NCBI GenBank assembly: GCA_964507055.1
Contig: CAZDOJ010000001.1
Location: 337,313-401,312, forward strand
Reading direction: 5' to 3'
Source: an uncultured Gammaproteobacteria bacterium
Lineage (GTDB): Bacteria; Patescibacteriota; Microgenomatia; Levybacterales; UBA12049
Length of the DNA: 64,000 bases
The notes below the pieces were generated by a model. It did not search any database, had not been told where the DNA came from, and was given only the letters and a program-made list of their open reading frames with translations. Made by a program: the position numbers and the translations under genes. Below, piece by piece: positions 56,320 through 64,000 of this stretch (positions are counted from its first letter, which is position 1; every line of letters begins with the position of its first letter).

Positions 56320-56903
56320 TAGTTATCTTCAATATAATATCGTATTTCTCCCTTGGATGGATCTAAGAGGTTATATAGGTATGTTATATCTTCATCGGAA
56401 TGTCTAATACATCCAGAGCTGCCAGGATCCGCATCCGTAAGCCTTTCTGGGACACCAGCTACTCCATGCAGTCCGAAATCTCCAGGCCTGATCCAATCAC
56501 ACTGTCCATCGCATTCTAGATACGGCGAAGGGCCATATGGCGGCTCACTTGGTGCTGGAACATCGAGTGTTATAAAGTATGGAGCAGTTTCTGGATTATC
56601 CAGCTCAGGCTGCTTTTTGGTAATGACCCAATATTCTTTTCCAAGTAATTGTGGCAAAGGTGTCGGACGTTCTCCTGGCCTTCCAGTTTTGACAGTAAAG
56701 GTTTTTACAATTGTGCTTTTATTTTTTTCTCCAGGGATACCTAAAAATAACTCTTCCTTTTGTGATTGCCTATGGAGAATGAACCAATATGCTTTTTCTG
56801 GTTGTTTTGTATCGCTCTGAAAAAATGTTGGGATATGGAAGATCAGTAAGCCCAAACATGCCACAATAACTGTGAGTACAATAATAGAAAATAAGCGTTT
56901 CAT
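56319..56903 (-). CDS. L,D-transpeptidase (YkuD) domain protein
   Basis: A signal/TM N-terminus and HGVAGVPERLTDADPGSSGCIRHSDEDITYL, which is the catalytic His...SxGC[IV]R motif. Confidence 0.75.
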   Translation of the reverse strand: MKRLFSIIVLTVIVACLGLLIFHIPTFFQSDTKQPEKAYWFILHRQSQKEELFLGIPGEKNKSTIVKTFTVKTGRPGERPTPLPQLLGKEYWVITKKQPELDNPETAPYFITLDVPAPSEPPYGPSPYLECDGQCDWIRPGDFGLHGVAGVPERLTDADPGSSGCIRHSDEDITYLYNLLDPSKGEIRYYIEDN

Positions 56904-56907
56904 GTGA

Positions 56908-58005
56908 CTAGAGCGTTTCTAAAGCTTTCTTTGCAGGTTCAAAGTTGGAGTTATAATAAAGTGCTTGCTCAAATTCGTTTCGAGCAGCTTCTTTATCTCC
57001 TTGATCTAGATAAATTTCTCCACGAAGCTGGTAAAGTTCAGAATATGCTTTATTTCCATGGCTTAGTATTCCTTCTGCGATAGTCAAGATTCGATCATAT
57101 TGTTTTTCTTTTTGATATGCATAGAGAGGTTCATAAACGTACCATAAAATTCTATCTGGTAATTGATCTTTAATTTTATCGTATGAAGCAACTGATTTTT
57201 TTGTATCCCCAAGATGATAATATGCTGTGGATTTATTAAACTCCGCATAAAAATCATTTGGATCATTCTTTAGGTCTTCATCAGCACGTTTAAGTGCATT
57301 CTGATATGCAACTTTTTCATCCATATTTTCGCCGAGTATTGCACTTACTGTAGCTTCTTTCTCTTTTGGATAAACAAGGATATAACTATAATTAAATGGT
57401 TTCCACATATCCTCTACTTGATCGTATGAGTATGTCAAACCTTGACCCTGATACGAATCATCTTGAATGAAGGTTTGAGAAACATCATCATATCCCTTAA
57501 TAATTCGATAATGTCCTACATCCTCACCTGGATTCAACCAAGTTCTTACGACAACTGGAATATCGTTTGCAATTAATTTCTTAACCGTTTCTAGGTCTCC
57601 ATTGGGACGATATAATGATTCAAACCCATATTCTTCCGCTGTTGCTACAAATTCTGTCGGGAAAACCGATTTGTCGTCATCTCCGCCATAAGGAAAGTTA
57701 TAAGGACGCATTTTACTCGCCAGCTCTTCTTGAGAAATATCCAAATTATATGAGGAAAACACCATAGACATTGCAGCAGGTCCGCAATTATTAAAAGATT
57801 GTGAAACAAACTTTGTAGCTGGAAGCGTATATGCTTCAGGTGGTTGTACAATTTCTACAGGCTCTTCTTCTATTTGTTCTTCATGTGTCACCTGCTGAAG
57901 GGTTGTCAGTAAGACTGGTTTTGATTGTTGCTCGTGAGGAGTTGGCAAAACACCAACTTGCATCGAAACAAGCATAGAAAATAAAAGTACAGGCACGCCA
58001 TTCAT
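56908..58005 (-). CDS. secreted papain-like (peptidase C39-like) cysteine-peptidase domain fused to TPR repeats
   Basis: N-terminal hydrophobic signal. The Cys in SFNNCGPAAMSMV and the His in VGHYRIIKGYDD are typical of the C39_2 fold. The C-terminal ~150 aa are TPR-like (AYQNALKRA..., ARNEFEQALYYN). Confidence 0.55.
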   Translation of the reverse strand: MNGVPVLLFSMLVSMQVGVLPTPHEQQSKPVLLTTLQQVTHEEQIEEEPVEIVQPPEAYTLPATKFVSQSFNNCGPAAMSMVFSSYNLDISQEELASKMRPYNFPYGGDDDKSVFPTEFVATAEEYGFESLYRPNGDLETVKKLIANDIPVVVRTWLNPGEDVGHYRIIKGYDDVSQTFIQDDSYQGQGLTYSYDQVEDMWKPFNYSYILVYPKEKEATVSAILGENMDEKVAYQNALKRADEDLKNDPNDFYAEFNKSTAYYHLGDTKKSVASYDKIKDQLPDRILWYVYEPLYAYQKEKQYDRILTIAEGILSHGNKAYSELYQLRGEIYLDQGDKEAARNEFEQALYYNSNFEPAKKALETL

Positions 58006-58046
58006 AAGATGTATATTGTAATACAGAAATGAAAAAAATACAAAAA

Positions 58047-59180
58047 CTATTTTTGCTTTAAAGGAAGCTCAATAATGAAGCTCGCTCCATTATTTGGTTT
58101 ACTATCAACATGGATTTGTCCATTATGAGCTTGTACAATTTGATTGGTTATATATAAGCCAACTCCTAATCCTTGATAATCTTTGGATGAGACGGCCCTT
58201 TCAAATCTCTCAAATATTTTACGTTGTTGATCTTGAGAGATTCCAATGCCTTGATCTGTGACAGTAAGTCTGGCTTTATCATGTAAACGAGTTACTTTTA
58301 CAATTATTGGTTTATTATCTCCATACTTTATAGCATTTGAAATAAGATTAGTTACAGCCTGAGTAATGCGTACTTTATCCCAAAGTCCCATAACCGGTTT
58401 TTCTGCCTCAACCGTAACTGTATTATTCTCTTTTTGCAATTTTTCAGCAAAATTTTCTGCAACATCCTTTGCAACGACGCTTAAATCCATCTCTTCAGGT
58501 TCTAGATCCATTCGTCCAGTTGTAATAAGTGAAAGATTTAAAAGATCATTGACCATTTTGGATAGACGCTGACTTTGTTGCTCTGTTCCTTCAAGCATTT
58601 TCAGTAGATTGGCAACAGAAAAATTCGCCAATGAAACATTTCGGATATTATGAATAGCAGATTGTACTTGCAAAAGCATGGATGTCACTGGCGTTTTGAG
58701 TTCATGAGAAGCTATTGCAAGGAATTGATCTCGTGCTTTTATTTCAGTTTGTGCTGTATCATAGTTTTTTTCAAGAGTTTCAATAAGATGTGCATTTTGT
58801 CGTAGTTTTTTTTGATACTCTGTTATGATTTCCTGATTCTTTGCTTTATCTATTAAAAAACTTCCAAATATGCCAGTAATCAGTAACAAAGCAAGTTCAA
58901 TGAGTAAATCGATATCTGGAACTAGTAATGGTTTTGCCAAAGGAAGAAAGATAATAACCACAATACTAATTACGCTGAGAACCGTGGTTAATATTCCCGC
59001 AGTAACTCCTGCAAACCATGTCACAAATAATATTGTAGGAACAAACAAAAGAAGCGGAGAGGTTGTTGGAAAGAAGGTCAGCAAGAGAACGACAAGCATT
59101 ATCGTGGCTAAATTAATCCCAAGATAGCTTATGGTTATTATAAAAGCAGATGGAGGGGAAGTCTTAAATAATCCTCTCAT
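58047..59180 (-). CDS. membrane sensor histidine kinase (orphan, no adjacent response regulator)
   Basis: Four N-terminal TM helices, HisKA ASHELKTPVTSMLLQVQ, and HATPase_c GLGVGLYITNQIVQAHNGQIHVDSKPNNGASFIIELP. Confidence 0.8.
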   Translation of the reverse strand: MRGLFKTSPPSAFIITISYLGINLATIMLVVLLLTFFPTTSPLLLFVPTILFVTWFAGVTAGILTTVLSVISIVVIIFLPLAKPLLVPDIDLLIELALLLITGIFGSFLIDKAKNQEIITEYQKKLRQNAHLIETLEKNYDTAQTEIKARDQFLAIASHELKTPVTSMLLQVQSAIHNIRNVSLANFSVANLLKMLEGTEQQSQRLSKMVNDLLNLSLITTGRMDLEPEEMDLSVVAKDVAENFAEKLQKENNTVTVEAEKPVMGLWDKVRITQAVTNLISNAIKYGDNKPIIVKVTRLHDKARLTVTDQGIGISQDQQRKIFERFERAVSSKDYQGLGVGLYITNQIVQAHNGQIHVDSKPNNGASFIIELPLKQK

Positions 59181-59203
59181 AAGTCGGGTTCATTATAAAT
59201 GAT

Positions 59204-60106
59204 TCATGAGCTAAAAGATACTGGTCTGCCTCGTTTTTTAAGCTCTCTGAAAAAAGAAAAGAACTTTCCTCGTCGTGAATTATTATATTGCCATGCTTTA
59301 ATAGCCTGTTTTATTTGAGGCATGGCTTCTTCTGCAACTCTCTCCCCTTCTTCAATAATTTTTTTTGATTTCGTACTATCAAAAAAGAAATTCCATCCAA
59401 GAAATCCAACTTTATAAATATCTGTTGGTGAGATGATGACATCAGCGTTTTTTACTGCATGTTTTGCGAGATTATGCCGCAATATATTAATTGAATGAAT
59501 TGGTACTTTTGAAAGTGCAGGCATTTCCTCAAGCAATTTTTCTAGATAAAACGTATCCAGATTTACTGCGACTGTTACATCGGCCCCCATTGTTGTAACT
59601 ACATCAACAGGAATGGGATTAGATAACCCACCATCCGCAAGTATTCTTCCTTTGTAAAGTAATGGTTGATAGAAAGCAGGCACAGATGCACTTGCACGTA
59701 CAGCTTTTACTAAATTACCTTCATGAAGAATAAGAGACTCGGCAGTATTAATATCTGTAGCAATAGCTGCAAAGGGGATCTTAAGCGTTTCAAACTTTGC
59801 ATCTTCTAGCACTTCAGCAAGAAACTTCTCAGCTTTGACACCTTTAAAAAGACCACCTTTCACGGTAAAATCAATTAAGGAAAACCCACTTCTTTTACTA
59901 AAGTTAAGAATTATATCTTCAAGCACTTTCGTATCTTTCTTTGCGGCATAAATAGAACCGATAATAGCACCTATGCTTGTTCCAGCGATATAATCGATAG
60001 GGATATTGTGCTTTTCAAGCGTTTTGAGTACCCCGATATGAGCTAATCCTCTAGCTCCACCACTTCCAAGTGCAACTCCAATTTTAGGATATCGTATGCT
60101 TGCCAT
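59204..60106 (-). CDS. patatin-like phospholipase
   Basis: GVALGSGGARGLAHIGV (the Gly-rich oxyanion loop), GTSIGA (the GxSxG nucleophile) and the DGG catalytic Asp. The start was taken at MASIRYPK. Confidence 0.8.
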   Translation of the reverse strand: MASIRYPKIGVALGSGGARGLAHIGVLKTLEKHNIPIDYIAGTSIGAIIGSIYAAKKDTKVLEDIILNFSKRSGFSLIDFTVKGGLFKGVKAEKFLAEVLEDAKFETLKIPFAAIATDINTAESLILHEGNLVKAVRASASVPAFYQPLLYKGRILADGGLSNPIPVDVVTTMGADVTVAVNLDTFYLEKLLEEMPALSKVPIHSINILRHNLAKHAVKNADVIISPTDIYKVGFLGWNFFFDSTKSKKIIEEGERVAEEAMPQIKQAIKAWQYNNSRRGKFFSFFRELKKRGRPVSFSS

Positions 60107-60208
60107 AGATTTATTATACTCCCAAAATTCATAAGAATGCGAATACGCCTTGTACTCGCAATAAACTCCAAGTTTGACTATAGGATCATTTTTGAGTATA
60201 ATGTAAAT

Positions 60209-61426
60209 ATGTTCAAAAAAAGAAAGCATACAGGATCAGCAAGTAACGGTAGAAATAGTACTGGATTCCGTGGTGCTCAGAATAATGGACAGCCTCGAAA
60301 ATTTGGACCACGACATAAGAAAGTAATTAAGAAGCTTGATGAAAAACTCTTCATTAAGACAGCCCTTCCACCAGTTGCAGAAGAAAATTTATCTACAGCA
60401 CGATTCACAGATTTTGAACTAACAGAGAAATTGCAAAGAAACATCGCAGAAAATGGCTATGAAACTCCTACTCCGATTCAAGAACGAGCTATTCCTTTTA
60501 TCCTTCAAGGCCGAGATGTCATCGGTATTGCGAACACTGGTACTGGAAAAACTGCAGCCTTTTTAGTTCCGTTAGTTAACAAAGCAAATCTTGATCGAAA
60601 TGAGCGTATTATTATCGTTACACCAACACGTGAATTAGCAAAACAGATTGCAGATGAACTCCAAAAGTTTATAAAAGGTATGGATCTTGGTGTTGTACTC
60701 TGTATCGGAGGTTCAGATCTTGATAGACAAGCTAAGAAATTAAAACATAATCCTCATTTTGTTATTGGTACACCAGGAAGATTAAAAGATCTTATTGAAC
60801 GCAATAAGTTGCAACTTTTTATGTTCAGAAATATTGTACTTGATGAAGTAGATAAGATGGTTGATATAGGATTTATTAATGACATTAATTACTTTATCTC
60901 ACTTTTGCCTGAGAAACGACATTCATTATTCTTCTCAGCAACAATTACTGACAAAGTAAAGAGTATTTTAAAGAATTTCGTCACAAATCCAGAAACCATT
61001 TCAATCAAAAAGCAAGAAACTTCAGAAAATATTGATCAAGATATTATACGAGTAAATAATGGTAATAAAGTAGAAAAACTTCATGATCTTCTCGTATCAG
61101 AAGGTTTTGATAAAGTACTTATTTTTGGTCGAACAAAATGGGGTATCGATAAACTTATGAAATCATTGGAAGAACGTGGATTTAAAGCTGCAACAATTCA
61201 TGGGAACAAAACTCAGGGACAAAGACAGCGAGCATTAGATCAATTCAAACAAGATCATGTACGAATTCTTCTCGCAACTGATGTAGCCTCAAGAGGATTA
61301 GATATAGAAAATGTAACACACGTTATTAATTATGACGCACCTGAGACATATGACGATTACGTCCATCGTATCGGACGAACTGGTAGAGCTGGTAAAAAAG
61401 GTACAGCTTTAACCTTTGTAGAATAA
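60209..61426 (+). CDS. DEAD-box ATP-dependent RNA helicase
   Basis: Q motif (FTDFEL...TPIQ), motif I ANTGTGKT, Ia PTRELA, II DEVD, III SAT, and motif VI HRIGRTGRAG. A basic N-terminal tail is present. TATAAT lies 8 nt before the ATG. Confidence 0.9.
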   Translation: MFKKRKHTGSASNGRNSTGFRGAQNNGQPRKFGPRHKKVIKKLDEKLFIKTALPPVAEENLSTARFTDFELTEKLQRNIAENGYETPTPIQERAIPFILQGRDVIGIANTGTGKTAAFLVPLVNKANLDRNERIIIVTPTRELAKQIADELQKFIKGMDLGVVLCIGGSDLDRQAKKLKHNPHFVIGTPGRLKDLIERNKLQLFMFRNIVLDEVDKMVDIGFINDINYFISLLPEKRHSLFFSATITDKVKSILKNFVTNPETISIKKQETSENIDQDIIRVNNGNKVEKLHDLLVSEGFDKVLIFGRTKWGIDKLMKSLEERGFKAATIHGNKTQGQRQRALDQFKQDHVRILLATDVASRGLDIENVTHVINYDAPETYDDYVHRIGRTGRAGKKGTALTFVE

Positions 61427-61427
61427 T

Positions 61428-61700
61428 ATGAATACAACAAAACGAATTATAAATCCATGCACCCGCTGTGGAAAAGAACGAATACTTTTTAAGACTTGGG
61501 ATGATGAGGTCACAACTTTTGGTAACCGAACAATGAAAATCACCAGATCTTTAAATGTTTGCCCAGATCCTGAATGTCAAAAAATAGTAGCGGCTGGACT
61601 TGATGCAGAAAAGAAAAAGAGAGATAAGCTCAAAGCAGATCGCGAAGAAAAGTTAAAAGAACGAATGGATAGTAAGAATGCAAAAAAAGAAATTAATTAA
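61428..61700 (+). CDS. zinc-ribbon protein with a K/E/R-rich C-terminal tail, translationally coupled to the helicase
   Basis: CTRCG...CPDPEC gives a four-Cys ribbon followed by EKKKRDKLKADREEKLKERMDSKNAKKE. The ATG is 2 bp after the helicase stop. Confidence 0.5.
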   Translation: MNTTKRIINPCTRCGKERILFKTWDDEVTTFGNRTMKITRSLNVCPDPECQKIVAAGLDAEKKKRDKLKADREEKLKERMDSKNAKKEIN

Positions 61701-61704
61701 TCTT

Positions 61705-62751
61705 CTATTTCTTCCCTGCTAATTTATAATAGCTTTGTTTAGTTTTTCCGTATTTCTCAAGTAATCCTTTTGTAACGAGTGATGAAAGCAAAGAATGTGC
61801 TTGTTGTCTCGTAACTTCAAAAGCTTTTTCGATATCAGAGGTTTTAATCGCTTTTTTATCGATAACAATCTGCAATACTTCTTCTTCTCTTGGAGTAACT
61901 AATACTCGCTTTTCACCCTCAATAGCATCAAGATTGGTGCGTTTTAAATCATCTATACGTGCAATTGCTCCTTGGAGTGAACTAGCAATGCCTTCGAGAA
62001 AATACTCAATCCATTGTGTTTTATCACCCTTATCGGCACTATGAAGACAATCTGAGTACAATGTCCTATCAACATCATAATAATCATCAATAATAAAATA
62101 CTTAGAAACCTCGTAATGTTCTTGTAGTAAGTAATATGTTGTTAAAATTCTCGCCAATCGTCCATTGCCATCAAAGAATGGATGAATATATGCAAATTGA
62201 TGATGCATAATAGCCGCCTTAATTAATGGCGGAAGTTCTCCCTCTTCTTTCAACCATGTAAAAAGTTCTTCAAGTGCCTTTCGAATTTCTTTAGATGTGT
62301 GAAATGGAGGATTATGTTTAATAACTATTTCTTGTTTGGTTTGATGTCCTACAAAAACTCCACCATTTCTGATATGTCCAATATCTTTCTTTTCCTCAAT
62401 CCCATCTAAGAGCATTCCTTGGAGAGTTTCTGTTATTTCAACAGTAATAGGTTTGCGATCTCTGACATATGATGGAAGCAGCGTAAGGATATTAAAATAA
62501 TTAGAAACTTCTTTTTCCGATTTCGTTGTCGGTATCTGATCTCCGAGAATAACATTTGTTACATCTTGAGGAGAGAGAGGGTTGCCCTCGATACTTGTTG
62601 AATAGTGTGTCGCGAGGATTTGATTTTCTTGCGACAGCCGCATCGAAAGTGAAGGAATTAATTTTTCACCTTGAATCTTTCCATACAACCGTTCGATATT
62701 TCCAAGTATATTTAAAATTCTGAAGTTAAGTGTGAATTGTGGTTTGAACAT
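61705..62751 (-). CDS. Fic-family protein (class II, N-terminal inhibitory helix) with a C-terminal winged-helix domain
   Basis: HPFFDGNGRLAR (Fic motif HPFx[DE]GNGR), N-terminal STSIEGN ([ST]xxxE[GN] alpha-inh), and a C-terminal wHTH. Confidence 0.85.
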   Translation of the reverse strand: MFKPQFTLNFRILNILGNIERLYGKIQGEKLIPSLSMRLSQENQILATHYSTSIEGNPLSPQDVTNVILGDQIPTTKSEKEVSNYFNILTLLPSYVRDRKPITVEITETLQGMLLDGIEEKKDIGHIRNGGVFVGHQTKQEIVIKHNPPFHTSKEIRKALEELFTWLKEEGELPPLIKAAIMHHQFAYIHPFFDGNGRLARILTTYYLLQEHYEVSKYFIIDDYYDVDRTLYSDCLHSADKGDKTQWIEYFLEGIASSLQGAIARIDDLKRTNLDAIEGEKRVLVTPREEEVLQIVIDKKAIKTSDIEKAFEVTRQQAHSLLSSLVTKGLLEKYGKTKQSYYKLAGKK

Positions 62752-62810
62752 AGTTATATTGTAAAGAAAGCAGTATTAATTGTCAATATATATGTAAATC
62801 TTATTGTAAA

Positions 62811-63362
62811 CTAGAATTTATCAGGATAAAGCTCTTTTAATGTAGGATTTTTCATGTCTTTTTCTGACAATGTTGGCTCCCCCTCTAATTCCCATTTCAC
62901 ATTTAAAGTTGGATCATTCCATGCCAAATTTGATTCAAGTCCTGGAGCCCATTCTTGATCAGTGAGATACGTATAATCCGCTTCATCGTTCAGTACCAAA
63001 TAAGAATTTCCGCATCCTGCAGGAACAAAGACACTTTGTTTTGTTTCATCTCCCAATATGAATGATTCATACTTACCAAATGTTGGTGATCCTTCCTTAA
63101 GATCTACAAGAACTGCTTGAATTTTTCCGCGGGTCGCGTAAATCAATTTGTTCCAAGGTGCGATATGGATACCACGAAGCGTTCCTTTACTTGATCTCGC
63201 ATGGTTTGCTTGGACAACTCTAAATGGTTTACCTATTTCCTCTTCAAGGTGTGGGATACGGATCGACTCTCGGAAAAAACCTCGATCATCTGAGAAAGTA
63301 GGACGAATTATCGTAAATACGCCATCAAGCGTTGTTTTATTAATAAAGTTGGTATCACTCAT
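62811..63362 (-). CDS. rmlC: dTDP-4-dehydrorhamnose 3,5-epimerase-like cupin
   Basis: DDRGFFRE, ANHARSSKGTLRGIHIAPWNKLIYATRGKIQAVLVDLKEGSPTFGK and the conserved Tyr/Lys region match the RmlC fold. Confidence 0.75.
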   Translation of the reverse strand: MSDTNFINKTTLDGVFTIIRPTFSDDRGFFRESIRIPHLEEEIGKPFRVVQANHARSSKGTLRGIHIAPWNKLIYATRGKIQAVLVDLKEGSPTFGKYESFILGDETKQSVFVPAGCGNSYLVLNDEADYTYLTDQEWAPGLESNLAWNDPTLNVKWELEGEPTLSEKDMKNPTLKELYPDKF

Positions 63363-63364
63363 TA

Positions 63365-63697
63365 CTATTTACCTTTCGGAGCTGTTTTGCGACGTTCAAT
63401 TTTTCGCAAAGTATACATAATACGTTGATCTAAATTAATATTTTTGATGCGTGCAAAACGGATGATTGCAACGAGAATATCTCCGAGCTCTTGCTCATAT
63501 GTTTCGTCTGCTTGGGCTGATAAATTAGTAGGCTTACGTCCGTGCTTTGCAAGGTATGCTCGAGCCATTTCGCCAAGTTCCTCAACCATGCTAAGGATAA
63601 GAATTGAGCCGAATTCATCATTGTTCTTTTTATCTGCATCAATCGTTTCGAGTTTCTTAAAATATTTTCCAAAAGGAGAGATTCTTTTCTGAGCCAT
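63365..63697 (-). CDS. MazG-like nucleotide pyrophosphohydrolase (small all-alpha NTP-PPase)
   Basis: SMVEELGEMARAY (the EExxE metal site) and EQELGDILVAI (the second E..D site), in a 110-aa protein. Confidence 0.6.
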   Translation of the reverse strand: MAQKRISPFGKYFKKLETIDADKKNNDEFGSILILSMVEELGEMARAYLAKHGRKPTNLSAQADETYEQELGDILVAIIRFARIKNINLDQRIMYTLRKIERRKTAPKGK

Positions 63698-63780
63698 AAT
63701 TACTTCTAACTCTACTCTTTCTCATTTATGTTGTCAATTCTGGCATTTATACAAAAAATGTCCTATACTTTATGTTGTTC

Positions 63781-64000
63781 ATGAAAACATCAGTGAGTTT
63801 ATTCCTTAGCGATCTGCTCCCCTCTCGCCGCAAATTATTCCATAAAGTAGTAAAGAACGATATTTTCGAAGATATGTCTCCGGATGAAGGTTTGGAAGCT
63901 CTCAAGAAGGGTGGAATAGATGGTATTGAAGTCTGTCTCTCTCAATATTATGAAACAACGACACAGGATATTGAAGAACTGAAAATCCTTTTAAAAAAAC
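63781..64000 (+). CDS. 5' part of a gene of unknown function (possibly a sugar-phosphate isomerase/epimerase TIM-barrel); it continues beyond the window
   Basis: The ORF runs to the window edge. The GIDGIEV block is weakly suggestive only. Confidence 0.3.
   Translation, partial: MKTSVSLFLSDLLPSRRKLFHKVVKNDIFEDMSPDEGLEALKKGGIDGIEVCLSQYYETTTQDIEELKILLKK

Noticed and set aside
1-64000. CRISPR arrays, rRNA genes, IS elements or prophage structural genes
   Set aside because: I scanned for regularly spaced direct repeats, transposase/integrase motifs (DDE, Tyr-recombinase R..H..R..Y) and phage capsid/terminase-like ORFs. I found none, apart from the intragenic repeats described above.

Overview
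This is an AT-rich, gene-dense bacterial chromosomal segment with about 90 predicted genes. I found no transposase, integrase, CRISPR array or rRNA. The only RNA gene is a tRNA-Gln(UUG) at 28913..28983 on the minus strand.

Most of the window is an accessory mix of small-molecule response genes: three MarR regulators, four MFS efflux pumps (three of DHA2 type), three VOC/glyoxalase proteins, four RibD_C-type reductase paralogs and many DUF-family proteins. Housekeeping anchors are def, tag, ung, truB, an RluB-type pseudouridine synthase, a DEAD-box helicase and rmlC.

The most unusual content is a cluster (about 31.5-50.4 kb) of three very large secreted multidomain proteins:
- a C-type-lectin/Ig/FN3/LysM surface protein;
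- a type-3 copper tyrosinase carrying a tandemly duplicated unknown domain;
- a galactose-oxidase-like copper-radical oxidase ending in PT linkers and a dockerin-like module.
These are interleaved with a PAS histidine kinase and a stand-alone receiver.

A second notable unit is an operon coupling a zinc-ribbon protein, a zincin-like protein, a cytoplasmic ApbE flavin transferase and an RnfD/NqrB-like membrane domain fused to a ferredoxin-NADP-reductase-like module.

Shine-Dalgarno sequences are almost absent, and many genes sit directly behind TATAAT-like boxes. All family calls rest on motif recognition by eye; no database search was run.
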